Assembly (NCBI GenBank): GCA_017625465.1
Contig: JAGAKS010000016.1
Location: 147,034 to 211,033 of the forward strand
Direction of reading: 5' to 3'
From: Clostridia bacterium
Lineage (GTDB): Bacteria; Bacillota; Clostridia; TANB77; CAG-508
Length of the DNA stretch: 64,000 bases
The position numbers and the translations under genes were made by a program. Shown piece by piece: positions 59,025 through 64,000 of this stretch (the first letter of the stretch is position 1; the number at the start of each line of letters is the position of its first letter). The notes below the pieces were generated by a model that saw only the letters and a program-made list of their open reading frames with translations, searched no databases and was not told where the DNA came from.

Positions 59025-59894
59025 ATGAGAAAATTTAAAGTTACTGAAAAATATAATAATAAAAAATTAAATACTGTTATTTTAGAAACTTTTAATACAT
59101 TAAACCCTAATGTATTATATAAAGCTCTTCGTAAAAAAGATATTAGAATTAATAATGTAAAAGTTTCTGAAAACCAAGTAGTTCATACAGGTGATGAAAT
59201 TACTGTATATATTGTTGATGACCTTCTTTATAAAAAACCTCAAATTGAATTAAAAGTTCTTTATGAAGATAACAATATTATTGCTTTTTACAAACCAGAC
59301 AATATTTCTGTTACAGAAGATGCTTCTTTCACATTTACTTTTACTTCAATTGTAAAAGAACAATATGGTAACAATTTAGAACCTTGTCACCGATTAGATA
59401 GAAATACTACTGGAATAATTTTATACAGTAAAAATGAGCAAGCACTTGAAATTTTATTAGATAAATTTAAAAACAAAGAAATAGAAAAACATTATATTGC
59501 AAGAGTATATGGAATTGTTCATAAAGAGCATGAAATTCTTAGAGACTATCTTTTTAAAGATAGTAAAAAAAGCTTAGTATATATTTCTGATGCACCTAAA
59601 AAAGACTATTTGCCTATTATTACAGAATATACTGTTATTAGTAGGAATTATGAAGAAAATACCACTACTTTAGATATCAATCTTCATACTGGCAGAACAC
59701 ATCAAATTAGAGCTCATTTGGCTCATATAGGCTATCCGATTATTGGTGATGGTAAATATGGCAATAACGAGATAAATAAGAAATTTGGCCTAAAAACTCA
59801 AGATTTAACTAGCTACAAAATCAAATTCAAATTCAAAACTAATAGTGGAATATTAAATTATTTGAATGACAAAGAAATAGAGATAAAAAAATAA
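59025..59894 (+). CDS. RluA-family pseudouridine synthase.
   Basis: The catalytic motif HRLDRNTTGIIL is present. Confidence 0.8.
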   Translation: MRKFKVTEKYNNKKLNTVILETFNTLNPNVLYKALRKKDIRINNVKVSENQVVHTGDEITVYIVDDLLYKKPQIELKVLYEDNNIIAFYKPDNISVTEDASFTFTFTSIVKEQYGNNLEPCHRLDRNTTGIILYSKNEQALEILLDKFKNKEIEKHYIARVYGIVHKEHEILRDYLFKDSKKSLVYISDAPKKDYLPIITEYTVISRNYEENTTTLDINLHTGRTHQIRAHLAHIGYPIIGDGKYGNNEINKKFGLKTQDLTSYKIKFKFKTNSGILNYLNDKEIEIKK

Positions 59895-59926
59895 TCTTAC
59901 CTAGTTCGTAAGATTATTTTTTGTTT

Positions 59927-61753
59927 TTATTTGAAGAATTCTTGAAATTCTTCTTCTGAAATTGTTTCTCTTTCTAATAATGCCATAGCAACTTGATCTA
60001 AAATATCTCTATGCTCAATTAAGATTTTTTGAGCTGTTATATAAGCATTATCTATAAGAAGTTTAATTTGTTCACCAACCTCATTTAAAATGTTTTCACC
60101 ATACATTTGTAATTCATAAGGTTCATTTACCTTCAAAGAAATTTGCCCTAAGCTATCGCTCATACCATAGATAGTAAGCATATCTCTAGCAATACCAGTT
60201 GCAACTTCTATATCATTACTTGCACCAGTTGAAATTTCATTTAAAGATATTTTCTCTGCGGCTCTACCTCCCATCAAAGCAACCATTTTTTCTAGCAATT
60301 CCGTTCTTGAAATATAAAATTTGTCTTCGTTAGTTTTATACATTGTATAACCGCCAGCTAAGCCTCTTGGTATAATTGAAACCTCTTTTACATCTGTTTG
60401 AGTAGGTAAAAATTTACTAACTACGGCATGTCCTGCTTCATGATAAGCTGTTAATTTTTTATCTTTTTCTGAAACTACTCTGTTGTGTTTTTCTAAACCA
60501 ACTGTAATTTTCTTTACAGCACTTTCTATATCTGCTTTTGTGATTGCTTCATTCTTTTCTCTTGCAGCAATGATTGCAGCTTCATTTAAAACATTTGCAA
60601 GTTCTGCTCCTGTAAAACCAGCAGTATCTCCAGCAAATTCTCTAAAATTAACGTCATCTGCAATCTTTTTGTTTTTGCTATGAAGTTTTAATATTTCTTC
60701 TCTACCATTTAAGTCTGGTGCTGGAATTGTAATTTGTCTATCAAATCTTCCCGGTCTTAATAAAGCTTTATCAAGCATTTCTGGTCTATTTGTTGCAGCT
60801 AGTACTATAATAGTTTCATTACTAGCAAAACCATCCATTTCAACTAATAATTGATTCAATGTTTGATTGTTTTCACTTTCTGCTCCACTACCACTTGTTC
60901 TTCTTGAACCGATTGCATCAATTTCATCTATAAATATAATACATGGTGCCATTTTTTTAGCTTTTTCAAATAATTTTCTTACCCTAGAAGCTCCAAGTCC
61001 AGCAAACATTTCGATAAATTCAGAACCACTCATTGAAATAAATGGAACTCCGGCTTCTCCTGCAATTGCCTTAGCAATTAATGTTTTACCTGTACCTGGT
61101 TTACCATATAGTAAAATTCCTTTTGGAATTTTAGCACCCATATCTAAGTATGCTTTTGGATTTTTTAAGAAATCTACAATTTCAATAAGCTCGCTTTTTT
61201 CTTCATCTAATCCAGCTACATCTTCAAATTTTACTCCTGTTTTTTTATTTTCTTCTCCGCCATATACTTTTCCGTTGCTGTCACCACCAAGACCTTGCAT
61301 TTTAAATATCATTATCATCAATACAACAAGTAAAATAGTTGGTAACATTGAAAAAATTGTATCAGAAGTTTTTAAAATAGGATTTACACTCTCTTGTTTT
61401 AAATCTACTTTAACATTTTCTTTATCGACCTTTTCTTGTATAAATTCTGTAAAAGCTTGTAAACTTGGAACTAAAACAGTTTTTTGTCTATCTTTTTCTT
61501 CGCCTTCACCTTTATAAGTAACTGTTATTGAATTGCTACCAGTTGTCATTTTTATTTTTTCTATTTTATCTTCATTTATATCTGTAATTAATTCTGTATA
61601 GGCAACTTCTTTTTCTTTTCCCTCACTGTACATCTTGTAACCGAAAAAAACTGCAATAGCTAATGCCACAATTGCTACTATAATTAAAAGCACTGTTAAA
61701 AACTTGTCTTGTTTTTGGTCATCTTTTTTATTGTTATTTTTATTGCTTGACAT
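59927..61753 (-). CDS. ftsH: ATP-dependent zinc metalloprotease FtsH.
   Basis: AAA+ Walker A (GKPGTGKT), an SRH region and the Zn motif HEAGHA are present. The start was chosen at MSSNKNNN after RBS AAGGAGG. The 56-aa Lys/Arg extension in the ORF track is rejected. Confidence 0.9.
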   Translation of the reverse strand: MSSNKNNNKKDDQKQDKFLTVLLIIVAIVALAIAVFFGYKMYSEGKEKEVAYTELITDINEDKIEKIKMTTGSNSITVTYKGEGEEKDRQKTVLVPSLQAFTEFIQEKVDKENVKVDLKQESVNPILKTSDTIFSMLPTILLVVLMIMIFKMQGLGGDSNGKVYGGEENKKTGVKFEDVAGLDEEKSELIEIVDFLKNPKAYLDMGAKIPKGILLYGKPGTGKTLIAKAIAGEAGVPFISMSGSEFIEMFAGLGASRVRKLFEKAKKMAPCIIFIDEIDAIGSRRTSGSGAESENNQTLNQLLVEMDGFASNETIIVLAATNRPEMLDKALLRPGRFDRQITIPAPDLNGREEILKLHSKNKKIADDVNFREFAGDTAGFTGAELANVLNEAAIIAAREKNEAITKADIESAVKKITVGLEKHNRVVSEKDKKLTAYHEAGHAVVSKFLPTQTDVKEVSIIPRGLAGGYTMYKTNEDKFYISRTELLEKMVALMGGRAAEKISLNEISTGASNDIEVATGIARDMLTIYGMSDSLGQISLKVNEPYELQMYGENILNEVGEQIKLLIDNAYITAQKILIEHRDILDQVAMALLERETISEEEFQEFFK

Positions 61754-61763
61754 TTTCTCCTCC

Positions 61764-62828
61764 TTATATTTCTGAACCATCTGGTTCTCTGTTAATAACT
61801 GGGTCTTGTTCTTCCTTATCTTTTTCTTTCTTTTTCTTCTTTTCTTCTTCTTTGTTCTCTCTATCTTCTTCCTCTTCTTTATCTTTTTGCTCTTGTAATT
61901 CTTTTTTAACTTCTTCCTCAACTTTATATATTTTTTGAAGTTCCATTTGTTGTTTTATTAAATCTGATTTAATAATTAAAATTGCTGCAACAAGATAAAT
62001 ATAGGCAATTAATAAATACATAATATTAAAGTATTCAATTACAAAACCAGTTAAGCTAAATACCACTGTATATGCTGTACTTAATATTATTGATAAAGTT
62101 ATTGCATAAATTGAAAGCACTAATGTTTTTAAGAAATTTAAAGGAATTCCCACAATTCTAGTTGTTAAATATCCGAAAATAGCTAGCATTAAAATATCAG
62201 AAACATATGTTATTACATTAACAAAATATAAAGATAAAGCAACTGCTATAAAATAAGTTGTGTCTATTCCTGAAACTCCAATATTATCTATCAATTGTAC
62301 CAAATCTTCTTTATTGTTTATGTTTAAATCATACATATCATTGATTTGACTGTAAGAAATTTCTGAAAATTGACCTGCTTCTTGTACTATTATTTCATCT
62401 TGTAAGAAAATTATAGCATAAGAATAATCTTTTACTTTATTTTTATAGTTTTCTTTTACTCCATCTGTCATTTCAGTTTCTGTGTTTATTATGTTATATA
62501 AATCTATGTCTTTATCATAACCTTCCGCATAATTTGCAAACCTAACTTTTCCATTTTCATAAGTAAAGTCTGGAAGTTCGCTTACTAAATAACTATATGC
62601 CTTATTTACTATTTTACTAAAATGATAAGTAGAAACACATGCTAAAACTAGCGAAATCAATAAAATTAATATTAAAAAATATTTTATTGAAACACTGGTT
62701 TTTTCTAATATAAATTCTCCATATTTTTCAACATTAAAAATTGATCTTTTTAGTCTCATAAAAAATCCAATTTGTTTTGATTTATTTGCATCTGTGAATT
62801 TTATTTCTTTGCTTTCCTTTTTCTTCAT
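61764..62828 (-). CDS. Polytopic membrane protein with a Lys/Glu-rich charged C-terminal tail.
   Basis: Five to six TM helices are followed by EEVKKELQEQKDKEEEEDRENKEEEKKKKKEKDKEE. Confidence 0.5.
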   Translation of the reverse strand: MKKKESKEIKFTDANKSKQIGFFMRLKRSIFNVEKYGEFILEKTSVSIKYFLILILLISLVLACVSTYHFSKIVNKAYSYLVSELPDFTYENGKVRFANYAEGYDKDIDLYNIINTETEMTDGVKENYKNKVKDYSYAIIFLQDEIIVQEAGQFSEISYSQINDMYDLNINNKEDLVQLIDNIGVSGIDTTYFIAVALSLYFVNVITYVSDILMLAIFGYLTTRIVGIPLNFLKTLVLSIYAITLSIILSTAYTVVFSLTGFVIEYFNIMYLLIAYIYLVAAILIIKSDLIKQQMELQKIYKVEEEVKKELQEQKDKEEEEDRENKEEEKKKKKEKDKEEQDPVINREPDGSEI

Positions 62829-62906
62829 TAGTTATACTCCCTTTTTATATTATTACTTACATAAAGTGGTGGCAAATTAAGTAAAACTTCATCACCAACT
62901 TTAATA

Positions 62907-63938
62907 TCAGCTCCAGTAATATCTATAATTGCATGGTACATACCGAACTCGTCCTATTATTTTATAATATTTATCGTTTATTTTTACTTTTATAGAGTTA
63001 TCTTTAAAAATTTTCTTAAACTCTATAAGTGTAGCTATTATATTATCTTTAAAAGAAAAACTATCTCTAGATTTTTTTATAAACAAACCATCTTGATAAC
63101 CAATTGGAATTATAGCGATTTTTGTTTCTCTTTTTACTTTATAGCTATTACTGTAACTTATATTATAACCTTTTGGAACTGTTTTTATTTCTTCTATATT
63201 TGTTTTTAAAACACCAATAGGTTTTAAGCCTATATTTTTAATTAAAGTTCTACCTTGAAAAGCTGAACCTATTCGTACTGCGTTTAATCTCATATCTGGA
63301 TATTTTAGTGCCGCTGTACTTGATGATACATGTAGTATTCCTGGTTCATACCCAGAAGCTTTTATTCCTGCAACAACATCTAAAAATCTATTAAATTGCT
63401 TTCTTGTCCACTTTTCATCAATAGGTTTAGAAAAATGAGTAAATATCCCTGTAATTTTTAATCTTTTTACTTCTTCATAGCAATCTATTATTTCAGTATT
63501 ATCATATAAAAAGCCATATCTCCCAAGACCTGTATCAATTTTTATATGACACTCTGCCTCTTCATTTCTTCTTTCTAAAATTTCTTCAGTTTTATGAAGT
63601 TCTTCTAAACATCCTATTGTAAGAATAATTTTATTATCTAGCAAAGCTTCTATTTCATTTTCATTTGATACTGGACAAAGCATTAGTATTTTGCAATCTA
63701 TTTTAGCTTTTCTTAAAGCAATTGCTTCATCTACTGTTGAAACTGCTAAAAAATTAATACCATTTTCAATTAAAAATTTAGAAAATTGGATAAGGTCAAG
63801 GCCCATTCCATTACCTTTTACAACAGCAATAATTTGAGTCTTGTTACCATTATCATCTTTTTCTTCACCTATAACAATATCTTTTATAATTTTTATATTG
63901 TTTTTTAAATCTTTTTTACTAATTTCTATTTTTTTCAT
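62907..63938 (-). CDS. alr: Alanine racemase-like PLP enzyme. Its C-terminus is probably disrupted by a 1-nt frameshift near 62950.
   Basis: The N-terminal PLP-lysine region (AVVKGNGMG) and overall Alr-like layout are present. After KIIGRV, the +1 frame continues GMYHAIIDITGADIKVGDEV, which resembles the Alr C-terminus. Confidence 0.6.
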   Translation of the reverse strand: MKKIEISKKDLKNNIKIIKDIVIGEEKDDNGNKTQIIAVVKGNGMGLDLIQFSKFLIENGINFLAVSTVDEAIALRKAKIDCKILMLCPVSNENEIEALLDNKIILTIGCLEELHKTEEILERRNEEAECHIKIDTGLGRYGFLYDNTEIIDCYEEVKRLKITGIFTHFSKPIDEKWTRKQFNRFLDVVAGIKASGYEPGILHVSSSTAALKYPDMRLNAVRIGSAFQGRTLIKNIGLKPIGVLKTNIEEIKTVPKGYNISYSNSYKVKRETKIAIIPIGYQDGLFIKKSRDSFSFKDNIIATLIEFKKIFKDNSIKVKINDKYYKIIGRVRYVPCNYRYYWS

Positions 63939-64000
63939 TTATTTACTCATTATTTTTTTCTTTAATTTTCTAATTGTTCTAAATGCTTTTTCAGAAAACT

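Noticed and set aside
61754-61921. A 56-aa Lys/Arg-rich N-terminal extension of FtsH in the ORF track (MRKKLKKNYKSKKIKKRKK...).
   Set aside because: It overlaps the Lys/Glu-rich C-terminus of the upstream gene in another frame, so it is purine-rich DNA read in two frames. A good RBS AAGGAGG precedes the internal Met MSSNKNNN, which was taken as the true start.

Overview
This is an AT-rich (about 18-30% G+C by hand counts) chromosomal segment from a low-GC Firmicute. The gene content looks Clostridium-like: sigH, spoIIM-xerD, an SLH-domain protein, sortase, T-box leaders and RNase Y. Most genes are housekeeping and on the minus strand. Recognisable ones are thrS with a T-box leader, an rfbBCAD dTDP-rhamnose operon, two RluA-type pseudouridine synthases, ispH, uvrC, hpt, pyrD/K/F/C, a NifS-like desulfurase, a GH25 muramidase, an orphan AgrC-like histidine kinase, rlmD, rnr, secG, a sortase with a tiny Thr/Asn-rich LPXTG substrate, ileS with a T-box leader, an MgtC-family gene, a CDF transporter, tRNA-Leu(UAG), a polysaccharide deacetylase, a Ca-type P-ATPase, a Wzz/BY-kinase fusion, a radical-SAM/SPASM protein, ychF, an SLH/GH73 wall hydrolase, tRNA-Thr(GGU), sigH, rny, xerD, spoIIM, ftsH and an alr-like racemase.

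The most striking observations are:
(1) A roughly 590-bp plus-strand gene at 25921..26508 has about 45-52% G+C and non-native codon usage. It carries a near-consensus extended -10 promoter, a consensus RBS and a strong terminator. The protein is an unrecognised acidic 195-aa product. This is a clear compositional island of one gene.
(2) A 52-bp direct repeat of the tRNA-Thr 3' end plus its terminator brackets a roughly 3.5-kb islet at 51121..54660. The islet encodes a Spo0A_C-like regulator, a possible HEPN (Rx4H) protein and two small secreted proteins. It contains no integrase.
(3) A second putative islet lies next to tRNA-Leu. It contains an HNH endonuclease of elevated GC, two unknown proteins and a frameshifted AlkD-like gene.
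(4) A BY-kinase carries an approximately 310-aa Lys/Glu-rich internally duplicated tail.
(5) Two tiny Thr/Asn-rich sortase-type surface proteins are encoded by short-period DNA repeats. One of them lies next to a small radical-SAM/SPASM enzyme.

No CRISPR array or transposase was seen. All functional calls rest on motif recognition by eye and carry the stated uncertainty.
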